Origin: an uncultured bacterium
GTDB taxonomy: Bacteria > Omnitrophota > Omnitrophia > Omnitrophales > Aquincolibacteriaceae
Direction: 5' to 3'
Assembly: GCA_964482725.1 (NCBI GenBank)
Contig: CAYZYT010000001.1
Coordinates: 4,632-68,631 of the forward strand
Length of the DNA: 64,000 nucleotides
Of the stretch, positions 28,870 to 37,387 are shown piece by piece. Each line of letters starts with the position of its first letter. The first letter of the stretch is position 1. A program made the translations under genes and the position numbers. The notes beneath the pieces were generated by a model. It was given only the letters and a program-made list of their open reading frames with translations, searched no databases and was not told where the DNA came from.

Positions 28870-28883
28870 GGCCCGTGAACGGG

Positions 28884-28914
28884 CCAGAGACCGGAGACTA
28901 GAGACCAGAGACTG
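28884..28914. repeat. GAGAC heptad array (GAGACCG GAGACTA GAGACCA GAGACTG) immediately downstream of the four-helix-bundle gene, preceded by the perfect hairpin ggcccg-tgaa-cgggcc at 28870-28885. Forward arm of an inverted pair with 29294-29324.
   Basis: Read directly. Confidence 0.5.
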
Positions 28915-28932
28915 AAGGCTAAAGAACAAAGT

Positions 28933-29292
28933 TTAAATATCCTTTCGCACGGCTTGAATAAGCCCAAAAAGAGTTCTTGCCGTCTTTTGCGCCAAAAAAT
29001 CAATCTGTCCAAAATCTTTTTGGTCTAAGTATCCCAAACGCGAGACCAGGCTTAATAAATATTCGACCTCAGAAAGCGAACTCTTAGCCATTGAAAGGAA
29101 ATGCAAATAATCTTTCTGGTGCTGTCGACTCGAACCCTCCACAATATTCGCCGCCACAGAAACAGCTGCTCTGCGAAGCTGAGAAGTCACCCCATAGATT
29201 TCACTCTTAGGAAACCCTGGCGTCAACTTATAGATTTCGATAACAAGATCATCCGCATATTGAAATGCTTTTATTTTCCTGAAATCCCTCAT
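28933..29292 (-). CDS. Four-helix-bundle protein (TIGR02436 family, often called '23S rRNA intervening-sequence protein').
   Basis: Characteristic pattern ...IYKLT..FP..E.YG..SQLRRAAVSVAANI.EG..R....D...FL..A.SS..E.... Start at MRDFRK (ATGA overlap with the upstream receiver gene stop). Confidence 0.75.
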   Translation of the reverse strand: MRDFRKIKAFQYADDLVIEIYKLTPGFPKSEIYGVTSQLRRAAVSVAANIVEGSSRQHQKDYLHFLSMAKSSLSEVEYLLSLVSRLGYLDQKDFGQIDFLAQKTARTLFGLIQAVRKDI

Positions 29293-30092
29293 ACCTCTGG
29301 TCTCCTGTCTCCAGTCTCGAGTCCAAAAAAGGCCATTTTTTTCACAAGGAACATCATCGCCCCAAGCGAACTGCCTTGGCATCCTTTTTCGATCACCGCA
29401 GGATTCCCGAACCGGCGCATCTCGGAAAGCTCCTCGCCGGAAATAGAGTCGAAGAAAACGATCACCGGGATCTCAAGCTTCGAAGCCTTGAGTTTCGCAT
29501 AGAATTCGCGGCCATCCATGACGGGCATCTTGATATCGAGAAGGATCACATCCGGCCTTTGCTTCGCGATCATGGCAAAAGCTTCTTTGCCGTTTGACGC
29601 GCGCGTGATCTCGAAAGCCGGCGATCTTCGCCCGTCAAAATAATCCCGCACCATCGTTCCGATCTCTTCCTCGTCATCCACGACGAGGATCCTCAGGAGC
29701 TCCGGCGCTGGAAGGACCTCCACAAAACGCTTGTTAAGATCGACCTGGGACGGCAGAGTTGAAAAAACGACATCCCAAAGAACTTCTTTATCCGCCGCAG
29801 GAGCAACGCCCAGGAGACAAAACCGGAAGACCGGATCCGTACTCTTACGAACCTTGATCTTCTGGACGAAGGCCTTGGTCAAAAAACAGGGCTCGGCAAA
29901 AAGGATACTCGGAAGGAACTTGTCGAAAAGTGCGGCGGCGTGCGTTGGCTCTTCTGCTATCGTAACAAAGGCTGGCGTATCGCTGAAATAGTCCTGAAGG
30001 AATGCTCCCCAAATTCCCCCGCGTTTTTTCCCGCCCTCTGGACGGGACCCCGCCGCTTCGCTGTCGGTGGCAAGGATCAGGACATTCTTCAA
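29289..30092 (-). CDS. Response regulator with a degenerate N-terminal receiver-like domain and a canonical C-terminal receiver (REC-REC, no output domain).
   Basis: C-terminal ILVVDDEEEIG ... DVILLDIKMPVMDG ... receiver motifs. N-terminal half is receiver-like but lacks the acidic pocket. Confidence 0.65.
   Translation of the reverse strand: MKNVLILATDSEAAGSRPEGGKKRGGIWGAFLQDYFSDTPAFVTIAEEPTHAAALFDKFLPSILFAEPCFLTKAFVQKIKVRKSTDPVFRFCLLGVAPAADKEVLWDVVFSTLPSQVDLNKRFVEVLPAPELLRILVVDDEEEIGTMVRDYFDGRRSPAFEITRASNGKEAFAMIAKQRPDVILLDIKMPVMDGREFYAKLKASKLEIPVIVFFDSISGEELSEMRRFGNPAVIEKGCQGSSLGAMMFLVKKMAFFGLETGDRRPEV
29294..29324. repeat. Inverted GAGAC heptad array (revcomp GAGACTG GAGACAG GAGACCA) embedded in the last 10 codons of the receiver gene (..GLETGDRRPEV), 2 nt upstream of the four-helix-bundle gene start.
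   Basis: Read directly. Pairs with 28884-28914 across the four-helix-bundle gene. Confidence 0.5.
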
Positions 30093-30192
30093 GCACGCCT
30101 CCTTCTATGACCGATTCGTTGTTCGGTTACCGCCTCCGGCTCCGTCCCGGTGTACGGCCCCGCAGGGTCGGAGAGTAACAAAGCCCGGCGCG

Positions 30193-30540
30193 TTATGTCC
30201 CAAGCCCAAGACTTATTTTGATGGCGCGATCCACCCGCTCCAGATAACTCCCCGGAAGATGCCCAATCTTTTTTTCTACCCTTTTTTTGTCGAGGGTACG
30301 GATCTGCGACAAAAGCACCGTGGAATCCTCCTTCAAACCGCTCACGGCCCGTGGAATCGGAACATTGGTTGGATATTCTTTTGAGAAATTCCTGGTGGTC
30401 ATGGGAGCCACAATAACCGTGGGGGCGAATTCGTTGCCTATATCGTTTTGAATGACGACAACGGGCCGGCGGCCCGCTTGCTCCGACCCCCGCGTGGGGT
30501 CCAGGTCAACCCAGAAAAGGTCTCCTCGCTTAATCGACAT
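30193..30540 (-). CDS. mazF: Type II toxin, MazF/PemK family endoribonuclease.
   Basis: RGDLFWVDLDPTRGSEQAGRRPVVVIQND ... PTVIVAPMT is the canonical PemK/MazF pattern. Start at MSIKRGD. Confidence 0.8.
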   Translation of the reverse strand: MSIKRGDLFWVDLDPTRGSEQAGRRPVVVIQNDIGNEFAPTVIVAPMTTRNFSKEYPTNVPIPRAVSGLKEDSTVLLSQIRTLDKKRVEKKIGHLPGSYLERVDRAIKISLGLGT

Positions 30541-30775
30541 ATTTAAGCGACTCCCCGTCAAGGATCTTGAATGCTTCCGCGATCACCCCCGACTCGTCCG
30601 CGATCTCCAGATAACCCTCTTTAAGAAGATTTTGCATGGCACCCTGCCGTTTCAGTTTTAAATAGATGCGCACGGCTTTTTGGATAAGCGTACTCCGCTT
30701 CGTATGTTCCCGCTTGGCTTCCGCATCCAGTTCATGACGCAACGCCTCCGGAAAAGTAATACTCAAATGTTCCAT
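30530..30775 (-). CDS. Antitoxin, ribbon-helix-helix (CopG/MazE-like), overlapping the toxin start by 11 nt.
   Basis: MEHLSITFPEALRHELDAEAKREH... is an RHH N-terminus. Classic antitoxin-before-toxin arrangement. Confidence 0.7.
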   Translation of the reverse strand: MEHLSITFPEALRHELDAEAKREHTKRSTLIQKAVRIYLKLKRQGAMQNLLKEGYLEIADESGVIAEAFKILDGESLKYVD

Positions 30776-30780
30776 CGCAT

Positions 30781-30850
30781 GGCCTCCTTGCATTCTTTGT
30801 ATGCACTTTGAGTATACACCGTACTATGCATTATTGCAAAGGAGACTTAG
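30781..30850. promoter_or_regulatory. Putative autoregulatory operator/promoter of the toxin-antitoxin pair: palindromes tgcat-N7-atgca, gtatac and ttgcaa in an AT-rich stretch.
   Basis: Read directly. Location immediately 5' of the antitoxin gene. Confidence 0.3.
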
Positions 30851-30952
30851 TGTTGAGCTTATCACGATTATTACATAAAATCAATTTTATTTTATTTAAA
30901 ATTAATTTATTGATTACGACACACTTCCTCGATAGGCGCTTCGAAAAGGGCA

Positions 30953-31363
30953 TTATTTAGGCTTGAAAGGATGCGACGCCGTCGGATCCCAAGTTCCATC
31001 CGAATTCAAAATGATCGTTTTATTTTTGAAATCATCCGGCGCGGTCGCTATGCGCTGGGCCGTCGCTTTGTAGGTCGGGGGAGACCCCGCCGTGATAACC
31101 ACCGTGTAATTGAACTTACGACTCGCGGGGGCATTAGGGTCATCGATGTCCAGTGAAGCCATAGAGGTCGTGTACGTCGATGAATTCTCGAGAAAGTAGG
31201 ACGCCTCCGCTTGACGGATGGCGGAAAGATTCGCAATCGCCTCAGCCACAGAGCCTTTCTCTTCCTGGCCGAAAAAACGCGGGAGCACGAACGCCGCCAG
31301 AACTCCAAGGACGACGACCACGATCAAAATCTCAGTCAGGGTAAAACCCTTATTATTTTTCAT
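30953..31363 (-). CDS. Type IV pilin (prepilin-type N-terminal cleavage/methylation domain).
   Basis: KGFTLTEILIVVVVLGVLAA class-III signal sequence. Three N-x-S/T sequons (NSS, NYT, NKT). Confidence 0.8.
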   Translation of the reverse strand: MKNNKGFTLTEILIVVVVLGVLAAFVLPRFFGQEEKGSVAEAIANLSAIRQAEASYFLENSSTYTTSMASLDIDDPNAPASRKFNYTVVITAGSPPTYKATAQRIATAPDDFKNKTIILNSDGTWDPTASHPFKPK

Positions 31364-31380
31364 CACGTCCCCCACCCTTT

Positions 31381-31517
31381 AAAATCCGAAGCGCGAATAT
31401 CGAAATACGAAGCAAATCTTAAACCCGAATTTTTTAATATCCAAAACAAGTTGCTTCGAATGTGTTTTTTCTATTTTTCGAGCTTGTTTCGAGTTTCGTG
31501 CTTCGAAATTCGGATTT
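31381..31517. repeat. AT-rich ~140-bp element rich in TTCGAA/CGAAAT motifs with ~25-nt terminal inverted repeats (aaatccgaagcgcgaatatcgaaatacgaagc ... gtttcgtgcttcgaaattcggatttt). Paralogous to 40058-40195.
   Basis: Read directly. Lies between the pilin gene and the upstream small membrane-protein gene. Confidence 0.5.
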
Positions 31518-31520
31518 TAG

Positions 31521-31982
31521 TTAGTTCCGGCATCCCACCGTGATCTCGCTCCCGTCAAAACCTTCCGTCGTCACGGGCTTATACGCCCCCAAACAATCAT
31601 ACGATCCGGCTTCGATATCGATCCGGACCCCATTCCCCGAGGGCCCTGTCTCCGTCGCCTGACAAACTCCTTCCGGAGGCAGACATTCATAATCAAACCC
31701 GGTGCTCGCTTCGACATTCGGAAGTTTCATCTCGCCCCATCCTTCCGAATAGATCATCTTCCGGCCACTTTTCCGAGCCGACACATACTTGTAACTCTGG
31801 GTGGACTGCTGAAACGCCGTCTGGGCGCGTCGCAGCGTCACCAACATTTTCTGCGCCTCGGTCAGATTCGCGCGAAAAGCCTGCTCCGGCTCCGGCCTTG
31901 AACGAAAGAAAAAGATCCCGGCTGCGATCGCGATGGCGACAACAATCATAATAAGGATAATGACAACTTTCGAAATTTTCAT
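31521..31982 (-). CDS. Small membrane-anchored protein in the pilus cluster (possible non-canonical minor pilin/assembly factor).
   Basis: N-terminal hydrophobic anchor IILIMIVVAIAIAAGIFFF. No G-F-T-L-x-E prepilin motif. One NLT sequon. Confidence 0.4.
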   Translation of the reverse strand: MKISKVVIILIMIVVAIAIAAGIFFFRSRPEPEQAFRANLTEAQKMLVTLRRAQTAFQQSTQSYKYVSARKSGRKMIYSEGWGEMKLPNVEASTGFDYECLPPEGVCQATETGPSGNGVRIDIEAGSYDCLGAYKPVTTEGFDGSEITVGCRN

Positions 31983-32064
31983 TTTTTCAGATCGCCTCAG
32001 CTTCCTCTAAGGGAACAGGCTCTAGATAACAGCCTGTTCCCTCGAAGGCCTATCCAGCTCCGTC

Positions 32065-32490
32065 TTATGAAACTGGCCTGCAACCCTTGTTGCCGGTGAC
32101 TGTTGTATATTTTGTCATATCGCACGTAAAGACTCCGTCGATGGATAACGAAACAGAGCCGTTAGTGGCCGCGGTAGCAGCAGCCCCTCTATAGGCAGTG
32201 CAAGATCCGCTAGAACACGTATAACCAAAATTCGTCGTCGTGACCTTTTTCAATCCGAGCGATGCCCATGTGGTATTGGATGAGGAGTTGTCAACATCCA
32301 CATAACCTTGGGTCAGATCAAATGCATTCGCCTGAGCCCTGCGCAAAACACCCAGCACCTGCTGAGCTTCCGCGATATAAGCGTTCTCGGTCTGCCCCAG
32401 AAACCTCGGCAAGATCATCGCAGCCAAAACCGCTAAAATGATCACCACGATCAGAATTTCTATCAGTGTGAAGCCTTTTTGTTTTCTCAT
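32065..32490 (-). CDS. Type IV pilin (major pilin candidate).
   Basis: MRKQKGFTLIEILIVVIILAVLAA prepilin signal. Start at the second ATG with an AAGGAG Shine-Dalgarno 8 nt upstream. Sequons NSS, NTT, NGS. Confidence 0.8.
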   Translation of the reverse strand: MRKQKGFTLIEILIVVIILAVLAAMILPRFLGQTENAYIAEAQQVLGVLRRAQANAFDLTQGYVDVDNSSSNTTWASLGLKKVTTTNFGYTCSSGSCTAYRGAAATAATNGSVSLSIDGVFTCDMTKYTTVTGNKGCRPVS

Positions 32491-32525
32491 TGCATTCTCC
32501 TTTTGTGATTTTAATGCCTGCTTGC

Positions 32526-32531
32526 AGTATA
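32526..32531 (-). promoter_or_regulatory. Candidate -10 box (TATACT on the minus strand) about 35 nt upstream of the pilin start, followed by an A/T-rich tract.
   Basis: Read directly. Weak -35. A sigma-54 alternative was not found here. Confidence 0.25.
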
Positions 32532-32568
32532 CCCTGTTTTTTCCCAAAAAAACAGTTTTTGAAAAAGA

Positions 32569-33888
32569 CTACCCGCCCCCTTTGGTCGAAAGATCGATGA
32601 TGGGCATGAACATAGCGATCACGATCGTGCCGATGACGCCGCCCATAAAGATCAAAAGGATCGGTTCCAAAAGCGTGGTCAAACGCGTAAGAAAAGTATC
32701 GACCTGCTCTTCATAGTAGTTGGAGAGGAGCGCCAGAAATCGGTCGAGCTGGCCGCTCTCTTCGCCGACCGTAATAAGCTGAGTCATAAAGACCGGGAAG
32801 ATCTTTCGCGCTTCGAGCTGCACGCCGAGCCCCTGCCCGCTTCGGACCTGCTGGGCCACCCGTTTGATCCCGGCCTCGAGGAACATATTCTCCACGAGCC
32901 GTCCTGCGATCTCAAGCGCTTGAAGGATCTGCACCCCGGCGCGCAAAAGAGTTCCGAGGGACCGTGTGAAACGGATCACCGCGACCTGTATCAGGATCGG
33001 ACCAAAAAGAGGCGCCCCCAAAGCCATCTTATCATACGACATCTTGAGCGAAGGGACTTTGCTCGTGTAAACAAAAGCGATCACCGCGGCCGCAACGATC
33101 CCTGCCACCCAGAGGAAATGCATTCTCAGGGTGTCGCTGATCGCCACGACGATCTGGGTCAGGACCGGAAGCGGCATTTTTTGAGCGATAAAGATCGAAG
33201 AGAATTTTGGCACAATAAAAAGCATGAGAAAAATGAGGGCGCCCGTCACCGCAGCGGTCAGCACCCCGGGATAAAAGAATGCGGTGGTGACCTTGCTTTG
33301 GATCCGTGCCGCCGATTCCTGATAATGCGCGATCTCTTCCAGACAATCCGGCAGCTTTCCCGTCGCTTCTCCGACTTCCACCAAATTCACCCAGATCCAT
33401 GGAAAAACATGGGGATAGCTCCGGAGCGCTTTACTGAACGTACCGCCTTCCGAGACCTTCCTCCGCAGATCATGGATCACCTGCCGGAAAAAAAGATTCG
33501 AGATCCCCTTTTCGATGATCTCGAGCGAACGGAGAAGAGGGATACCGGCTTTAAGAAGGGTCGAAAGCTGAACGGCGAAAAAAATGGCTTCACGGGTCGT
33601 CACGCGATTCGTAAATGAAAAAGCACCTCCGCCGGGTTCCTTATCGGAAGACGAGGGTTTCGAAAGCGCATGCTGAAAACCGCCCTTCTTCTTGCCATGT
33701 TCCTGGACCCCGATCACCACATACCCTTGCGCCAGAAGCTTTTGAATGGCCACTTCCTCGTTGGGAGCCTCCAGGGTCAATGTTTTGGCCTGGTCCGGAA
33801 GGTCGCGCAACCGGACGTGACAATCGAAGAGCAGGTCCGGCTCTTTAAACTTGTTCGCTTGCGGGGATCCAGGGATAGGTTCATTCAT
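32569..33888 (-). CDS. pilC: Type IV pilus inner-membrane platform protein PilC (GspF family).
   Basis: Two T2SSF repeats and 3 TM helices. Typical PilC length (439 aa). Confidence 0.9.
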   Translation of the reverse strand: MNEPIPGSPQANKFKEPDLLFDCHVRLRDLPDQAKTLTLEAPNEEVAIQKLLAQGYVVIGVQEHGKKKGGFQHALSKPSSSDKEPGGGAFSFTNRVTTREAIFFAVQLSTLLKAGIPLLRSLEIIEKGISNLFFRQVIHDLRRKVSEGGTFSKALRSYPHVFPWIWVNLVEVGEATGKLPDCLEEIAHYQESAARIQSKVTTAFFYPGVLTAAVTGALIFLMLFIVPKFSSIFIAQKMPLPVLTQIVVAISDTLRMHFLWVAGIVAAAVIAFVYTSKVPSLKMSYDKMALGAPLFGPILIQVAVIRFTRSLGTLLRAGVQILQALEIAGRLVENMFLEAGIKRVAQQVRSGQGLGVQLEARKIFPVFMTQLITVGEESGQLDRFLALLSNYYEEQVDTFLTRLTTLLEPILLIFMGGVIGTIVIAMFMPIIDLSTKGGG

Positions 33889-35575
33889 AAGCCACGCTCA
33901 AGACCTCATCTAGGGTTGTCAATCCTCGCTCCACTTTCTTGATCCCGTTCTGGAGGAGGGTTTCATATTTTTTTTCTTTTTGAAGATCTCTCAATTTGGA
34001 AAGATCCGCGTCTTTAGTGACAAGACGCCGGATATCCTCATCGATCGGCAGGACTTCATAAATAGCCATGCGGCCCCAATAACCGATCTTCCGGCACTTG
34101 GGACATCCTACGGCCTTGTAGAGCGTTTCGGCACGGATCCCGTATTGAGCCTGGGTCTTGGCATCGATCTTGTACGCTTCTTTGCAATGAGGACAAAGAA
34201 CACGGATCAAACGCTGAGCCGCCACAAGGCCGATACTTCCGGCAACGAGATAGGACTGGATCCCGATATCAATGAGACGGGTTACAGCCGTAACGGCATC
34301 ATTCGTGTGCAAGGTGGAGAGCACCAAATGGCCGGTCAGGGACGCGCGAATGCAGATCTCGGCCGTCTCAAGGTCGCGCACTTCCCCCACCAGGATCACA
34401 TCCGGGTCCTGGCGCAAAAAAGCGCGGAGGGCCGAAGCGAAGGTCAGTCCGATCTCGGGCTTGACCTGGACCTGGTTCATCCCCGCGATCTGATATTCCA
34501 CCGGGTCTTCGATCGTAAGAATATTAATCTCCGGAGAAAGACGTTTGTTCAGCGCCGCGTAAAGCGTCGTGCTCTTGCCGCTTCCCGTCGGCCCGGTCAC
34601 AAAGATAAGTCCGTAAGGCCGCATCAGCGCCGTCTCGAAATGAGCGAGCTGCTCCGGTTCAAACCCGAGCAACTTCATATCCAAGAGATCCAGGCGCTTA
34701 TCCAGAATACGCATCACGACCTTTTCTCCGAAAACAATAGGGACGGTCGATACGCGCATATCGACTTTATGTCCTTTGTACTGGAGCGCGAAGGAGCCGT
34801 CCTGAGGGATCCGCTTTTCGGCGATATCCATCTTGGAAAGGATCTTGATACGAGAGACCAAAGCGTTATGCAATTCCCGGGGTGGCGGCGGAAGCTCGTA
34901 GAGGACACCGTCCACGCGATAACGGATGTTGATCTTGTCCTGGCAAGGCTCGATGTGAATATCACTGGCGCGATCCTCAAGAGCTTTACGGATCATGACA
35001 TCCACGAGTTTGACCACGGGAGCTTTCTCCGCCTCCTGGATAGTCGCTTCAAGATCGATCTTATGATCGCCCGGCTCCTGGATATAATCCTGTTTTACAT
35101 CATCCACCTCGGAGGAAGAGATCACTTCCTGGAAATCCGTATTACCATAATAGGCCTCGATGGCCCGCTTGAGCTCGCTTTCAGCCGAAAGGACCGTCAC
35201 AATGTCGTATCCGGTGATCTTGCGAAGATTATCCATAAAAATGATGTCCGGAACCTTCGCCACCGCCACCTTAAGCACTTGTCCGATACGATCCAACGGG
35301 AGAACGAGATTGGCCAGCGCAAAATCGGTCGGGATGCATTCCTTAAGACGCTGGTCCATGCGGGGTTTTAACTGATCGGTGGAAAGGAAAGAAACGCCGA
35401 GCTGCTCGGAGAGCACCAACCGGAGCTGAGACTCTTCCAGAAAACCCAATTGGATCATGATCTGACCCAGCGGTTCCTTTGTCTCTTTTTGCTTGGCAAG
35501 AGCCTGGCCCAATTGCTCCCGGTTAATGAGCCGCCGCTCAATGAGGATGTCACCTAATAAAGCGTTAATACCCAT
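33881..35575 (-). CDS. pilB: Type IV pilus assembly ATPase PilB (GspE family) with N-terminal MshEN/T2SSE_N domain.
   Basis: Walker A GPTGSGKST. Asp box, Walker B and tetracysteine motif (CPHC...CPKC). Confidence 0.9.
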   Translation of the reverse strand: MGINALLGDILIERRLINREQLGQALAKQKETKEPLGQIMIQLGFLEESQLRLVLSEQLGVSFLSTDQLKPRMDQRLKECIPTDFALANLVLPLDRIGQVLKVAVAKVPDIIFMDNLRKITGYDIVTVLSAESELKRAIEAYYGNTDFQEVISSSEVDDVKQDYIQEPGDHKIDLEATIQEAEKAPVVKLVDVMIRKALEDRASDIHIEPCQDKINIRYRVDGVLYELPPPPRELHNALVSRIKILSKMDIAEKRIPQDGSFALQYKGHKVDMRVSTVPIVFGEKVVMRILDKRLDLLDMKLLGFEPEQLAHFETALMRPYGLIFVTGPTGSGKSTTLYAALNKRLSPEINILTIEDPVEYQIAGMNQVQVKPEIGLTFASALRAFLRQDPDVILVGEVRDLETAEICIRASLTGHLVLSTLHTNDAVTAVTRLIDIGIQSYLVAGSIGLVAAQRLIRVLCPHCKEAYKIDAKTQAQYGIRAETLYKAVGCPKCRKIGYWGRMAIYEVLPIDEDIRRLVTKDADLSKLRDLQKEKKYETLLQNGIKKVERGLTTLDEVLSVAYE

Positions 35576-35590
35576 GCTTTTTTTGTGCCT

Positions 35591-37387
35591 CTATTTGGGG
35601 CTCGATGCGGGCAATTTCGAGTTCTGGTCCAAGGTCTCAAGCGTGGAATCGATCAATTTCTTCCGGACATTGAAATAACCGTCAAAATCCGTTTTTGACT
35701 CCGGCCCGTCCTTCAGTTGCTTGTACCACTGCTTTTCTTTCACCTTCCAGAAGGGTGCCGTCTCTTCGTCAAAATTCAGTCGCCGGTCGGGAGGGTTGGG
35801 GGCTTGAAGCATGGTGGGATCCGTGATGATATAAGGCGTCACGAAAAGGATCAATTCCCGGTCCGCGATCGTTTTTACGTTTTTGGTAAAAAGGGCTTTG
35901 CCGATCACGGGGATATTCCCGAAAAAAGGCACCTTCCGGTCACCGTTGGCCTGTTCACTAAAAAGCATGCCGCCTAGCGCAATGGTTTGTCCGTCATTGA
36001 CCATCAGGGTAGTCCGAGCAGTCCGGGTCGTTGGATCTCCCGTATTTCCCGTCGAAGACACATCTTTGATCTTCGATTCCTCCACCGTCGCAAATGTCGG
36101 TTCCAGCGTCAAGGTAATACGTCCGCCGGTATTGATCAGCGGGGTCACACGCAAAAGCGTGCCGGTTTCATAACGCTCGATACTTGAAGAAGTGGTTCCC
36201 GCTCCCCCTGCTTCCGTATTCGTCGTCGAACCAATGGCCGACTGGGTCGAGATCTTGATCAAGGCGGGTTGATTGTCCAAAGCCAGGATCTTGGGCTTCG
36301 CCAGGATCTTGAGCTTCCCGGAAGTCTCCAGGGCGTTGATCTTAATCTGAAAGCTCGAAAAATCCCGGCTTCCCGGAGTGACCGTGCCCGAACTGTTCGT
36401 CGGATTAAACTGTTTGGCGGTATCTCTGAACGTATTTCCGATATTACCAAAGAACCCTTTAAAACTTCCGCTGCTTGGGACAGAACCTGTCCTGAAAGGC
36501 CATTCGGTCGCCTCTTTAGCCCCGGTGATGGTTCCCATAAGACCGGCCGCGTCTCCCCATTGGACACCAAGATCCCTGGCAAAATCCTCCATCGTTTCAA
36601 CCAGGATCACATTGATCAACACCTGATCCACCGGGCGATCGAGCTGGGCGATCGCAGATTCGATCATCTTGAGCCGGTCTTCCGAGTCCGTCACGACCAA
36701 GCTGTTGGAACGGTCATCGACCGAAACCTTCCCCCGTTCCGAAAGGATCTTTTCAACCGACTTGACGATCGCCGATGCACCCAAATCTCCTTCATCCTTC
36801 GGAGCCGCAAGGGATCCCAATCCGGCCCCTGAAGAGCCCGAGGAACTTCCTGAGGAGCTTGAGTTCTCGATCTCTTTGATTTTACTTACTTTCACATAGT
36901 AAAGTTTATAAACGCGGGTCAGCAAAGACGGTTTTTCAGGGGCATCGGAGGAAGCCCGAAAAAGATAGATTTTCCTCCCGGGAAGAAAATCGTAGCTGAC
37001 GTTGCACCCGTACGCGATCGCCTGCAGGACATCCTCGAGGACGACATTGTCGAGCGTCATGCTCACTTGCCTCTCCGCCACTTCGGTCCCCGCGATAAAA
37101 TTGATCCCGCTCAGATTTGAAAGCACGTTCAGCACATTGATAAGCGACGCCGATTTGAAATCCAGATAATATTTCCCGTCTGTCGTCCTTTCAACCTTGA
37201 CTTCCGGGACCGCGGGGACTGTCCCCACCGGGACCGGTTGTCCCACGGAAGGAGCTTCGGGAGCCGGAGAGACCGGAGCGCCCGTGGAAGCCCCGACGTC
37301 TTCTGCCATCGCAGGATGCGAGAAACATAGGCTTAATAAAAAAACGGCGAGAACACTCCTGCTGAAAAGCGGGTTCGCTTTTTTCAT
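35591..37387 (-). CDS. pilQ: Type IV pilus secretin PilQ.
   Basis: Signal peptide, N-domains, and a C-terminal secretin domain (LVVTDSEDRLKMIE ... GGMLFSEQANGDRKVPFFGNIPVIGKALF). Confidence 0.85.
   Translation of the reverse strand: MKKANPLFSRSVLAVFLLSLCFSHPAMAEDVGASTGAPVSPAPEAPSVGQPVPVGTVPAVPEVKVERTTDGKYYLDFKSASLINVLNVLSNLSGINFIAGTEVAERQVSMTLDNVVLEDVLQAIAYGCNVSYDFLPGRKIYLFRASSDAPEKPSLLTRVYKLYYVKVSKIKEIENSSSSGSSSGSSGAGLGSLAAPKDEGDLGASAIVKSVEKILSERGKVSVDDRSNSLVVTDSEDRLKMIESAIAQLDRPVDQVLINVILVETMEDFARDLGVQWGDAAGLMGTITGAKEATEWPFRTGSVPSSGSFKGFFGNIGNTFRDTAKQFNPTNSSGTVTPGSRDFSSFQIKINALETSGKLKILAKPKILALDNQPALIKISTQSAIGSTTNTEAGGAGTTSSSIERYETGTLLRVTPLINTGGRITLTLEPTFATVEESKIKDVSSTGNTGDPTTRTARTTLMVNDGQTIALGGMLFSEQANGDRKVPFFGNIPVIGKALFTKNVKTIADRELILFVTPYIITDPTMLQAPNPPDRRLNFDEETAPFWKVKEKQWYKQLKDGPESKTDFDGYFNVRKKLIDSTLETLDQNSKLPASSPK

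Noticed and set aside
4809-29324. Considered whether the tandem heptad arrays could be a degenerate CRISPR array or a tandem-repeat VNTR.
   Set aside because: Units are 7 nt rather than 25-40 nt, there are no spacers, arrays come in inverted pairs, and no cas genes are present. Structure fits REP-like palindromes instead.
29293-29382. ORF-track N-terminal 30 aa of the four-helix-bundle protein (MPRQFAWGDDVPCEKNG...).
   Set aside because: It overlaps the 3' end of the receiver gene. Four-helix-bundle family proteins are ~120 aa starting near MRDF, and the ATGA overlap at 29289-29292 gives a clean coupled start.
32491-32568. Sigma-54 promoter (TGGCAC-N5-TTGC) upstream of the major pilin.
   Set aside because: No GG-N10-GC element with proper spacing was found here. 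Only a sigma-70-like TATACT -10 was seen. The weak sigma-54-like spacing upstream of the other pilin (31381-31517 region) is mentioned but not called.
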